64,000 bases of DNA, taken from NCBI GenBank assembly GCA_052148655.1, contig JBKQHU010000088.1, positions 23,181 to 87,180 of the forward strand. Direction: 5' to 3'. Source of the stretch: Acidimicrobiales bacterium (GTDB taxonomy: Bacteria > Actinomycetota > Acidimicrobiia > Acidimicrobiales > Bog-793). The position numbers and the translations under genes are program-made. The notes beneath the pieces were generated by a model. The model made no database searches and was not told where the DNA came from. It saw only the letters and a program-made list of their open reading frames with translations. Shown piece by piece: positions 36,166 through 47,544 of the stretch (its first letter is position 1; the number at the start of each line of letters is the position of its first letter).

Positions 36166-37215
36166 TTGTCGGAGATCAGTCTCGAAGGAGGTCCTGGTCC
36201 CAGCGTGAACCAGCTTCGTATCGATCCGCTCTCGGGACGGTGGGTGACGGTGGCAACCGACCGCGCCCAGCGACAGACCCTCTTCGTGCCACGCCAGCTC
36301 ACCCTCGACTCCCTCGAGGGGATCCCGTGCCCGTTCTGCCCGGGCATGGAGGCGTCCGCGCCCCCCGCCCTCGAGATCTACGGGACCTCGGGCGCCTGGC
36401 TCGTGAGGGTCCTTCCCAACCGCTACCCGGCTTTCGCGGGCGACGCCCCCTTCGTGATCGAGAATCGGGGACCGGTTTTCGCCGAGGCCCCGGCCAGTGG
36501 GATCCACGAGGTGCTGGTCATCTCGCCGGACCACGACGCGACGATGGCGGCTCTTTCCGACGAGCAGGTCTCGCTCGTGATGCTCGCCATCCGCGACCGC
36601 GTCGAACAGCACGAGAACACCCCCGGGCTGCGCTACAGCCAGGTGATCATCAACCACGGCCGCCAGGCCGGTGCCTCCATCGCCCACCCCCACGGCCAGC
36701 TGCTCGGGATCCCTTTCGTACCGAGGGAGCTCGCCGATGAGCTTGCCGGTTTCGAGCGCTTCGCCGGAGGGTGCCTCGTCTGCGCGGCTGCGGCCGCCGA
36801 GGTGAGCTTCGAGTCGCGGATGGTGCACGCGACCGAGCACGCCGTGACGTTCTGCCCGTACTGGAGCGGGACGCCTTACGAGATGCTCATAGTGCCCCGC
36901 CAACACGGGGCCCACCTCCACCGGGCGTCCGCCGAGGGCCTCGTGGGCGCCGGACAGGCCGTTCGCGGGGCGCTGGCGGCGCTCAACGCCAGTATCGGGG
37001 ACGTCGCCTACAACGTCGTATTCCACTCCGCCCCGTACAGCTCGACCGGCGAGTACCACTGGCACGTCCACATCCTGCCCTGCTTGACGACCCGTGCTGG
37101 TTTCGAACTGGGCACCGGGGTCATGATCAACGTGGTCGGGCCCGAGAAGGCCGCCGAGGACCTCCGACAGGCGCTCGGCCGTATCGGGCCGGGGGCCTTC
37201 GGCGGGGACACCTGA
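36166..37215 (+). CDS. galT: galactose-1-phosphate uridylyltransferase family (HIT superfamily) protein
   Basis: CPFCPG zinc motif. HEVLVISPDH. Active-site HPHGQL. The start is TTG 36166 or GTG 36205 (AAGGAGG at 36185..36191). Confidence 0.8.
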   Translation: MSEISLEGGPGPSVNQLRIDPLSGRWVTVATDRAQRQTLFVPRQLTLDSLEGIPCPFCPGMEASAPPALEIYGTSGAWLVRVLPNRYPAFAGDAPFVIENRGPVFAEAPASGIHEVLVISPDHDATMAALSDEQVSLVMLAIRDRVEQHENTPGLRYSQVIINHGRQAGASIAHPHGQLLGIPFVPRELADELAGFERFAGGCLVCAAAAAEVSFESRMVHATEHAVTFCPYWSGTPYEMLIVPRQHGAHLHRASAEGLVGAGQAVRGALAALNASIGDVAYNVVFHSAPYSSTGEYHWHVHILPCLTTRAGFELGTGVMINVVGPEKAAEDLRQALGRIGPGAFGGDT

Positions 37216-37251
37216 GCGGCGAGGTGACACGGCCGTTCGGCCCGGCGGAGC

Positions 37252-38451
37252 TCAGGCCGGCTTCTCCCGCTTGGCCACCAGGGACTTGATCGCCTCTGCG
37301 GCTTCGGAACGGTCGAGGGTCATGAGCCGGCCCACTCCCTCGACACCGAGGTAACCGCTCAGGAAAGCGCCCCGGTTGCGGCGTTCCCAGGCCTTGGCGA
37401 GTCGCTCGGCGCGTGGGCGGGTGACCGCCGGCTGGGCCGCCACGGCCTCGGCCGCCACCTGGCGCAGCGAGTAGGAGAGGTCCGCCAGGTCCTCGAGCGG
37501 CGAGGCGAAGCGCGGCTCGCGAGGGACACCGGCCTCGCCGAGCTTGCCGATCAGGGGGTCGTCCCCGAATCCCCCGACGATCCAGCCGGCGTCGGTCCGA
37601 AAGACGCGACGGAGGTGGTAGTCGCCGTGAACCCTAATGGCGACGCCGGAGGCGCCGTCGTCGTCGAGCGGGCGAACTCCGAAGCCCTCGGCAAGGGCCA
37701 GGTGGAGACTGGCGGTGAGCTCCCCCAGGCGGCGCACCTCCGAGGACAGGTCCCCACCGGCACCGCCCACCTCTTCCAGGCGCACCTGGTCGTCGTCGAT
37801 GCTGCGCCCGAGCAGGTCGCGCAGCGACGTCAGAGCCAAGAGACGGGCCTCGACCGCTCCTGGGACGTACTCTCGCACCAAAGCCAGGTCCCACCCGTTT
37901 CGCTCCCAGCGCGCCACCGGCCGCAGCGTGTGGCGGAAGCCGACCTGGTCGAGCCTCTCCATCAGCTCGATCTCGGGTCGCGGCGCAGGCTCGAGAACAC
38001 GGTAGGACTTCATGAACAGGCGCTCGTCGTACACGAGCGAGGCGTGGCTCACGAGGGACTGGACGAGGCGTGCGCGTTTCGCGCTCTCGCGCCCCGCGCT
38101 CGCCACTGCCAGCAGCCAGGTCGACAGCTCCTCGTCGGCGAGGGCGTCGTAGCACAGCACCTCGCCCGACCCGTCGTCGCACATGCCGAGCACCGCGCCC
38201 TGATGGTCGCCGAGCATCGCCGGGGCGAGCGCCGCGTCCCGCCACCCGAGAAGGACGTGGAAGAAGCGGTTGCCGACACTGACGACCACGCTCGCCATCC
38301 CTGGACGCCCATCGGCCAAGATCTCCAGGTCGGCCAGCTGGAATGTGGCCCACACACCGCGGTCAAAGCGCGACATGTCGGCCAGGAACCAGGGCTGCCG
38401 CTGGAGATAGGGAACGACGAGGCCTGCGAGAGCGGACGGACTGGGGGGCAC
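37252..38451 (-). CDS. mak: maltokinase (Mak/Pep2-like)
   Basis: GTG at 38451, 2 nt after the treS stop. A kinase-like C-terminal half (RVHGDYHLRRVF..., DLADL) directly downstream of treS. The upstream part of the 587-aa track ORF is out-of-frame treS sequence. Confidence 0.75.
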   Translation of the reverse strand: MPPSPSALAGLVVPYLQRQPWFLADMSRFDRGVWATFQLADLEILADGRPGMASVVVSVGNRFFHVLLGWRDAALAPAMLGDHQGAVLGMCDDGSGEVLCYDALADEELSTWLLAVASAGRESAKRARLVQSLVSHASLVYDERLFMKSYRVLEPAPRPEIELMERLDQVGFRHTLRPVARWERNGWDLALVREYVPGAVEARLLALTSLRDLLGRSIDDDQVRLEEVGGAGGDLSSEVRRLGELTASLHLALAEGFGVRPLDDDGASGVAIRVHGDYHLRRVFRTDAGWIVGGFGDDPLIGKLGEAGVPREPRFASPLEDLADLSYSLRQVAAEAVAAQPAVTRPRAERLAKAWERRNRGAFLSGYLGVEGVGRLMTLDRSEAAEAIKSLVAKREKPA

Positions 38452-38453
38452 TT

Positions 38454-40226
38454 TCAGCGCTCCTCGAGCTCGAACCAGTAGATGCCGTAGGGGGTCAGTG
38501 TCACGGAGTAGGGCTTGGCGGTGATCCGTGGGAACGGTACCCGCCCCAGCAGCTCGATGGGCGTGCAACCCTCCCAACGGCCGAGGCTGAGCTCGGCCGG
38601 CTGGGCGAAGCGGCTCAGGTTCGACACGCACAACACCGCCGTGCGCATGCCGGCTCCGCCGGGCCCGCCGGCGGGGTCGGGCGCATCTTCGAGGTCGGGC
38701 CCACCGGCCGCACCGGCGGCGCCGTTGAGGCCCGGCTGCACCGCGGCGGGGCCTTCGGTGGCGCTGGGCTGGCGCACGTAGGCGAGCACGGAGGGGTTGT
38801 CGGCCGGTAGGACCTCGAGCGACCCGGTGGCGAACTGCGGGTACTGGTGGCGCACGGCCAGCATGCGTCGCAGCCAGTGGAGGAACGAGGAGGGGTCCCG
38901 CTGCTGTGCCTCGACGTTGACGGCCTGGTAGCCGTGAACCGGGTCCATGAGCGGGGGCAGGTAGAGCTGTGCGAAGTCCGCCCGGGAAAAGCCCGCGTTG
39001 CGGTCCGGTGCCCATTGCATCGGGGTGCGGACGCCGTCACGATCCCCGAGGTAGATGTTGTCCCCCATGAGGATCTCGTCGCCGTAGTAGAGGACCGGGC
39101 TGCCCGGCAACGAGAGGAGCAGCCCGTAGAGCAGTTCGGCCACGCGTCGGTCGTTGTCGACGAGGGGGGCGAGGCGCCGGCGGATCCCGAGGTTCCTGCG
39201 CATCCTCGGGTCGCGGGCGTACTCGGCGTACATGTAGTCGCGTTCCTCGTCGGTCACCATCTCTAAGGTGAGCTCGTCGTGGTTGCGCAGAAAGATCCCC
39301 CACTGGCAGCCGTCGGGGATGGCAGGGGTCTGGGCGAGGATCTCGGTGATCGGGAAGCGCTGCTCGCGACGTACCGCCATGAACATGCGCGGCATCAGCG
39401 GGAAGTTGAAGCACATGTGGCACTCGTCCCCGTCGCCGAAGTACTCCGTCACGACACTCGGCCACTGGTTGACCTCGGCGAGCATGAGCCGGCCGGGGTA
39501 GGAGGCGTCCATCTCCGCCCGGATCCGCCGGAGAAGCTGGTGGGTGGCGGGCAGGTTCTCGCACGAGGTCCCTTCCGCCTTGTACAGGTACGGGACGGCA
39601 TCGAGGCGGAAACCGTCCAGGCCGAGATCGAGCCAGAAGCGGACGACCCCCAACATGGCGTCGACGACCTCGGGGTTCTCGTAGTTCAGGTCCGGCTGCT
39701 GGTGGAAAAAGCGGTGCCAGTAGTACTGCTGGCGCTTCTGGTCGAAGGTCCAGTTCGAGGGCTCGACGTCGCAGAAGATCACCCGGACGTCGGCGAAGCC
39801 GTGGTCGTCGTCCGCCCAGACGTACCAGTCGGCCTTCGGGTTTTCACGCGACGACCTGGACTCGATGAACCAGGGATGCTGGTCGCTCGTGTGGTTCATG
39901 ACGAGGTCGGAGATGATCCGGATGCCTCGGCGGTGGGCGTCCTCCACGAGCGCCACGAGGTCGTCCAAGGACCCGAGATCGGGGGCGACGGTGAGAAAGT
40001 CGCTGATGTCGTAGCCGCCGTCGTGCAGGGGCGAGGGGTAGAACGGCAGCAGCCAGACGCAGTCGATGCCGAGCCATTGGAGGTGGTCGAGCTTCTGGCG
40101 GAGGCCCTCGAAGTCCCCGACGCCGTCGGCGTTGGAATCGAAGAAGCCCCGGGGCAACAGCTCGTAGAAGACAGCCTGCTGGTACCAACGCGGGTCGCCC
40201 GTCGCCGGGCGCGGGCCGGGGGCCAT
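38454..40226 (-). CDS. treS: trehalose synthase (maltose alpha-D-glucosyltransferase)
   Basis: 590 aa. WYQQAVFYELLPRGFFDSNADGVGDF, GIRIISDLVMNHTSDQHPWF, GFRLDAVPYL, FLRNHDELTLE (GH13 motifs). Confidence 0.93.
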   Translation of the reverse strand: MAPGPRPATGDPRWYQQAVFYELLPRGFFDSNADGVGDFEGLRQKLDHLQWLGIDCVWLLPFYPSPLHDGGYDISDFLTVAPDLGSLDDLVALVEDAHRRGIRIISDLVMNHTSDQHPWFIESRSSRENPKADWYVWADDDHGFADVRVIFCDVEPSNWTFDQKRQQYYWHRFFHQQPDLNYENPEVVDAMLGVVRFWLDLGLDGFRLDAVPYLYKAEGTSCENLPATHQLLRRIRAEMDASYPGRLMLAEVNQWPSVVTEYFGDGDECHMCFNFPLMPRMFMAVRREQRFPITEILAQTPAIPDGCQWGIFLRNHDELTLEMVTDEERDYMYAEYARDPRMRRNLGIRRRLAPLVDNDRRVAELLYGLLLSLPGSPVLYYGDEILMGDNIYLGDRDGVRTPMQWAPDRNAGFSRADFAQLYLPPLMDPVHGYQAVNVEAQQRDPSSFLHWLRRMLAVRHQYPQFATGSLEVLPADNPSVLAYVRQPSATEGPAAVQPGLNGAAGAAGGPDLEDAPDPAGGPGGAGMRTAVLCVSNLSRFAQPAELSLGRWEGCTPIELLGRVPFPRITAKPYSVTLTPYGIYWFELEER

Positions 40227-40349
40227 CTCCCCCGTCAGCCGAGCTGGGAGCGGGGATCGGACACCTTGGCCTGTCGGCTCACCGCGCCGACGATAGCTTG
40301 CAGGCTCTCACCGACCGGCGCCGTCTCGTGTCTTTGCAGGAGCAGTTGA

Positions 40350-41651
40350 GTGGTTGTCCGCTCCCCGCAGTACTGTCTCGCCGTGGATCGCTTCATTCTG
40401 CACCCGTCCGGCCCGCTCAACGGCACCGTGTGCGTGAACGGGGCCAAGAACTCGGTGCTGAAGCTCATGGCCGCCTGCCTTCTCGCCCCCGGCGTGCACC
40501 GCCTCGACAACGTCCCGGTCATCAGCGACGTCGCCATCATGTCCGACGTCCTGCGGGCGATGGGCGCAGAGGTCCTCCACAAGGACAGGGGCCCGCAGGG
40601 ACACCTCGAGATCACCGTTCCGGAGGACGTGACGCCCATCGCCCCCTACGAGCTCGTCGAGAAGATGAGGGCGTCGATAGTCGTGCTCGGCCCGCTGCTC
40701 GCCCGCTACGGCCGGGCAAGGGTCTCGATGCCGGGCGGTGACGACTTCGGGTATCGTCCGATCGACTTCCACCTGAGCGCGTTCGAGGACCTCGGGGCCA
40801 GTTTCGTGGCCGAGCACGGTTATGTGGACGGGCACTGCGACCGCCTTGTCGGGGCACGGATCGTGCTCCAGTTCCCGAGCCACACCGCCACCGACAACAT
40901 CTTGATGGCCGCGGTGCTCGCCAAGGGCACGACCGTGATCGAGAACGCCGCCCGGGAGCCGGAGATCGCCGACCTCGCATCGATGTTGACCGAGATGGGC
41001 GCCCGCATCCATGGCGCCGGCACCTCCCGGATCGAGGTGGAGGGAGTCGAGGAGCTCCGCCCGGCCGAGCACCGGGCGATCCCCGACCGGGTGGAGGCGG
41101 CCACCTTCGTCGTTGCGGTGGGCCTCGCCGGGGGGGAGGTGCTCGTGAAGGGGGCACGACACGAGCACATGGACATGTTCTTGGAAAAGCTCCGCCAGAT
41201 GGGCATGGACTGCGAGCCGACCGGGGAGGGGCTTGCGGTCGCCGCCACCGGCCAGCGCCGCTCGGTTGACGTCGCCACACTTCCCTACCCGGGCGTCGCT
41301 ACGGACTACAAGCCGCTTCTCGTGACCATGCTCTCGGTCGCGGACGGGGTCGCCATCGTGAGCGAGAACCTGTTCGCGGGTCGCTTCCGCTACATCGACG
41401 AGCTGCGGCGCATGGGGGCGAGGATCAAGACCGAGGGCCACCACGCCATAGTGCGCGGCGTGCCGAGGTTGTCGGGCGCAAGGGTCAGGGCATCGGACAT
41501 ACGCGCCGGTGCGGCGCTCGTCCTGGCCGGCCTCGTGGCCGACGGCGTCACAGAAGTGAGCGGTGCCGAGCACATCGACCGGGGTTATGAGAACCTCGAC
41601 GGGCGCCTTGGCTCGCTAGGTGCGAACATCGAGCGCGTCTCGTCGCCGTGA
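40350..41651 (+). CDS. murA: UDP-N-acetylglucosamine 1-carboxyvinyltransferase
   Basis: 433 aa. GAKNSVLKLMAACLL, RVSMPGGDDFGYRPIDFHL, FAGRFRYIDELRRMGA. GTG at 40350 is preceded by AGGAG 7 nt upstream. Confidence 0.92.
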   Translation: MVVRSPQYCLAVDRFILHPSGPLNGTVCVNGAKNSVLKLMAACLLAPGVHRLDNVPVISDVAIMSDVLRAMGAEVLHKDRGPQGHLEITVPEDVTPIAPYELVEKMRASIVVLGPLLARYGRARVSMPGGDDFGYRPIDFHLSAFEDLGASFVAEHGYVDGHCDRLVGARIVLQFPSHTATDNILMAAVLAKGTTVIENAAREPEIADLASMLTEMGARIHGAGTSRIEVEGVEELRPAEHRAIPDRVEAATFVVAVGLAGGEVLVKGARHEHMDMFLEKLRQMGMDCEPTGEGLAVAATGQRRSVDVATLPYPGVATDYKPLLVTMLSVADGVAIVSENLFAGRFRYIDELRRMGARIKTEGHHAIVRGVPRLSGARVRASDIRAGAALVLAGLVADGVTEVSGAEHIDRGYENLDGRLGSLGANIERVSSP

Positions 41652-42640
41652 GCCCCGGCCGGCCAGCCACGAGCACATCCGCGCTCTTCAAGGCCGCGGC
41701 CGGAGGCGACCGGCGGGCGCTTGCCCGCCTGCTGAGCGTGGTCGAACGGGGCGGGAGCGAATCACGCGAGCTTTCCGGGCTGACCTTCGAGAGAGCCGGG
41801 AGCGCCTACGCCATCGGCTTCACCGGCGCCCCGGGGTCCGGGAAGTCGACCTTGGCGGGCGCCCTCCTGACCGAGGTCCGCCGGCGCCTTCGGTGCCCGG
41901 TGGCCGTGCTCGCGGTCGACCCGTCCTCACCGGTGACCGGAGGGGCCATACTTGGCGACCGGGTCCGCATGCAACACCATGCCCTCGACGACGACGTCTT
42001 CATCCGTTCCATGGCGACGCGGGGCCATTTCGGTGGCCTGGCAGCCGCTGTGCCCGAGGCGGTCCGCCTGCTCGATGCAACGGGCTGGCCGCTCGTGCTC
42101 GTCGAGACCGTGGGCGTCGGCCAGGTCGAGGTCGAGGTGGCGGCCACCTGCGACACGGTCGTGGTCGTCGTGAACCCCGGTTGGGGGGACGCCGTGCAGG
42201 CGAACAAGGCGGGGCTGCTCGAGATCGCCGATGTCCTGGTCATCAACAAGGCCGACCGCCCCGGGGTGCAGGAGACGGCACGCGACCTGCGCCTCATGCT
42301 CCAGCTCTCGGGAACACTCGAATGGACACCGCCCATCTTGAAGACCGTGGCGTCGGCCGGAGAGGGCGTCGCCGAGCTCTTCGACGCCATCGCGTCCCAT
42401 CGTGCCCACCTCCAAGCGGGCGGGGAGCTCGAGTCGAGGCGCGCCGAGCGGGCGCTCAGTGAAGCGCTCAGGATCGCCAAGGGCCGCCTCGAGAGGGCTC
42501 TCGACGCGACCGTCAACAGCCCCGCCAACGCCGCGCTGTTGACGGCGCTGAAAGACAAGCGGCTCGACCCGGGCCAGGCGGCCGGCCGGCTCGTCGAACA
42601 GGTCGCAGGTGATCTCGCGGGCGGGGGCGCCCTTAGTTGA
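41648..42640 (+). CDS. meaB: methylmalonyl-CoA mutase-associated GTPase (MeaB/ArgK family)
   Basis: 330 aa. GFTGAPGSGKSTL (P-loop), VETVGVGQ, VINKAD. The GTG start overlaps the murA stop (GTGA). Confidence 0.88.
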   Translation: MSPGRPATSTSALFKAAAGGDRRALARLLSVVERGGSESRELSGLTFERAGSAYAIGFTGAPGSGKSTLAGALLTEVRRRLRCPVAVLAVDPSSPVTGGAILGDRVRMQHHALDDDVFIRSMATRGHFGGLAAAVPEAVRLLDATGWPLVLVETVGVGQVEVEVAATCDTVVVVVNPGWGDAVQANKAGLLEIADVLVINKADRPGVQETARDLRLMLQLSGTLEWTPPILKTVASAGEGVAELFDAIASHRAHLQAGGELESRRAERALSEALRIAKGRLERALDATVNSPANAALLTALKDKRLDPGQAAGRLVEQVAGDLAGGGALS

Positions 42641-43697
42641 AACGGTCGCCCCGCGCGCCCGGCCGGCCCGGTCGACCCTCCGGCATGCGTCGCGCGAGCG
42701 AAGCTTCGCCGGTCTTGACGAGGATGTCGCGCTCCATGAGCACGAAGTCGCGCTCCTCACGCCAGCGTGGGAGGACCGCCGTGGCCACATAGCCCCGCCT
42801 GGCGTAGAACTGCTCCGCCTCGGCGCCGCGAAGGGTCTCGAGGCGGACGGTGCCACAGCCACGCTCGAGGCCGAGCCGCTCCACGGCACGAAGCAGGTGT
42901 GAGCCCACCCCCAGTCCCCGCCATTCCGGGCTGACGATCAACCGGCCTATCCTCGCCACCGGGCCGCGGACCTCACCCTCCACGAACCCGACGAGGCGGC
43001 CATCTGCCCTTGCGACGAGCGCGTAGGGCTCGATCGGGCGGACCGTGTCGCCGTAACGTTGTCTCGAATACTGTGCCCACTGCTCGTCGGCCCAGGCCGC
43101 CACCACGGGATCGGGGCGCTCGACGACCGAGAGCTCCAGGTCGAGACTGCCTCTCCCGGCCACCGCAGGCCTGCCTAGCGCAGCGTCCGCCAACGGACGC
43201 CAGCGATGGTCGGCGTCCTGGGCGAGAACACTGACCCGCTCGAAGCAGTACGTCGCCCGGTAGTCGGCCAGCGCCTCCAGGGCGTGGGGCAGCCGACCGG
43301 GAGCGATCCGTTGGTCCAAGGTGAGATGTGGGACGAACTGCCGCCCGGGCCGCCCTGAAGGCGGGGCGAGCGGGCCGGAGGCGAGGTCGGCCCTGAGCGC
43401 CGTCATGGCCTCAAGGTCCCCGCTCACGGCGAGATAGAGCACGGGCGTGCGCGGCCAGAACGTGTCGGGGGGCCCGAGCATCACCGCCATCGGCGCGCTC
43501 TTGGCGGCGGCCCTGCGGACATCTGCGAGAAGCGCCTCGAGGCTCTCCTCGCGGACATTGACGGGAGGGATGAGGGTCAAGTGCGGGGCTATGCGCTCCA
43601 GAGCCTTGGCTCCGAGTGCCCGGCGCATGCCGTCGATCTCGTTGGCCAGCGCACCGGTCACCACGAGGGCGACAGTCAGCCGGCGTCTTTCGGGCAC
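42633..43697 (-). CDS. fusion protein: N-terminal 2H phosphoesterase (LigT-like) plus C-terminal GNAT acetyltransferase
   Basis: Two HxT motifs (PHLTLIPP, PHLTLDQ) in residues 1-~180. A GNAT acetyl-CoA motif (VSPEWRGLGVGSHLL...FYARRGY) in residues ~190-335. Confidence 0.75.
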   Translation of the reverse strand: MPERRRLTVALVVTGALANEIDGMRRALGAKALERIAPHLTLIPPVNVREESLEALLADVRRAAAKSAPMAVMLGPPDTFWPRTPVLYLAVSGDLEAMTALRADLASGPLAPPSGRPGRQFVPHLTLDQRIAPGRLPHALEALADYRATYCFERVSVLAQDADHRWRPLADAALGRPAVAGRGSLDLELSVVERPDPVVAAWADEQWAQYSRQRYGDTVRPIEPYALVARADGRLVGFVEGEVRGPVARIGRLIVSPEWRGLGVGSHLLRAVERLGLERGCGTVRLETLRGAEAEQFYARRGYVATAVLPRWREERDFVLMERDILVKTGEASLARRMPEGRPGRPGARGDRFN

Positions 43698-43714
43698 GGC
43701 TCGAGGTTAGGTGG

Positions 43715-44545
43715 TCAGGCCAGCACGCTGAGGGCCTCCGCCAACGGCTCGAGCACCGCCGGCGTGAGCGGCGGCCGGAGATAGACGACGGCAAGCTCGA
43801 CACCCGCGTCGGAGAGCTCAGCGGCTTGTGCCACCGTCGCCCCGACGTCGCCCCCGAAGTGCACGTGGCTCGACGTCAGTATCTCCCGCGGGTCCCTGCC
43901 GATGTCCGCGCAGTGGGCATGGAGCACCTCGCGTTTGCGGGCGAACTCCTCGGTGCCGCCGAGGAAGTTCCAGTGCTGGGCGAAGCGGGCCACGGTGCGC
44001 AAGGTGCGCTTCTCGCCGCTTCCTCCGATGCAGATCGGCGGATGCGGGCGCTGGAGCGGCTTGGGGTTGCACCGGGCGTCGGTCAGGTCGTAGTAGCTGC
44101 CCCTGAACGTCGTCGTGTCGTTCGAGAGAAGGCCGACGATGACCTCACAGGCCTCTTCGAAGCGGTCGCTGCGCTGTTTCGGGCTGCCCAGCGCGATGCC
44201 GTAGGCGCCGGACTCCTCCTCGTTCCATCCGGCTCCGATGCCAATCTCGAGACGACCTCCCGAGACGATGTCGAGGGCGGCGGCCATGTTGGCGAGCACG
44301 GCCGGGTGCCGGTAATGGATCCCGGTCACGAGCGTGCCGAGACGCAGCCGCCGCGTCGCCTGGGCAAGGGCCGTCAAGGTGACCCATCCCTCCAGGCACG
44401 GTCCCGTGGGGTCGGAGAAGATCGGGTAGAAGTGGTCGAACACCCAGCCGGACTCGAACAGCTCGATGTCGTCGGCCGCCCGCCAGACCTCGACCATGTC
44501 CTCCCAGGTCGTGTTCTGCGGCGCGGTCTTGAAGGCGATGCGCAT
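43715..44545 (-). CDS. LLM-class (luciferase-like) flavin/F420-dependent oxidoreductase
   Basis: 276 aa. TLDIVSGGRLEIGIGAGWNEEE and the overall TIM-barrel LLM pattern. Confidence 0.8.
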   Translation of the reverse strand: MRIAFKTAPQNTTWEDMVEVWRAADDIELFESGWVFDHFYPIFSDPTGPCLEGWVTLTALAQATRRLRLGTLVTGIHYRHPAVLANMAAALDIVSGGRLEIGIGAGWNEEESGAYGIALGSPKQRSDRFEEACEVIVGLLSNDTTTFRGSYYDLTDARCNPKPLQRPHPPICIGGSGEKRTLRTVARFAQHWNFLGGTEEFARKREVLHAHCADIGRDPREILTSSHVHFGGDVGATVAQAAELSDAGVELAVVYLRPPLTPAVLEPLAEALSVLA

Positions 44546-44587
44546 CCCGGAAATCTACCCAGATCGTGGGCCCGCGGGCCGCCGGTC

Positions 44588-45070
44588 CTACAAGCGGCCC
44601 AGGTCGGCCCTGAGTTTGACAGCAGCCGCGATGCGCACCCGCGCCCGGGCTGCGGCGGCCTCTGCCTCGGCCGCCTCGCCCGCCGCCAGCCGGGTCTCGG
44701 CTGCCTCGAGGGCGCGTTGCGCCCGCGGGACGTCGATCTCCTCCGCGAGCTCGGCGACCCCGGCGACGACGGTGACCTTGTTGTCGGCCACCTTGACGAA
44801 ACCGCCGTGCACCGCAGCCAACGCGACGCCGTGGGGGGCCACCTCGCCCGTTGAGGCGGCGCCGCTCGCCGCCTCGTCGCCGCCCGGCGTCCCGTCACCC
44901 TGTACACCGTCGAGGCGTAGCACGCATATGTCGACGGCACCGATGTAGTCCATGTGGTTCGCGAGAAAAGTCGTGTCAGCCCCGTCGGCGCGAAGCACGA
45001 CCGCTTCGGCCTCGCCCGAGAACAGGACGCGTTCGGGAGTGATGAGATCGACGTGGGTCAGGTTCGCCAT
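44588..45070 (-). CDS. atpC: F1 ATP synthase epsilon subunit
   Basis: ATG at 45070. MANLTHVDLITPERVLFSGEAEAVVL...GGFVKVADNKVTVVA...IDVPRAQRALEAAE. The track shows it merged into a longer chimeric ORF. Confidence 0.88.
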   Translation of the reverse strand: MANLTHVDLITPERVLFSGEAEAVVLRADGADTTFLANHMDYIGAVDICVLRLDGVQGDGTPGGDEAASGAASTGEVAPHGVALAAVHGGFVKVADNKVTVVAGVAELAEEIDVPRAQRALEAAETRLAAGEAAEAEAAAARARVRIAAAVKLRADLGRL

Positions 45071-45078
45071 GAGATCTC

Positions 45079-47540
<2,462 letters not shown>

Positions 47541-47544
47541 GTGA

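Noticed and set aside
38452-39015. The upstream part of the 587-aa minus ORF 37252..39015
   Set aside because: It is out of frame within treS. Maltokinase-like sequence begins at GTG 38451.
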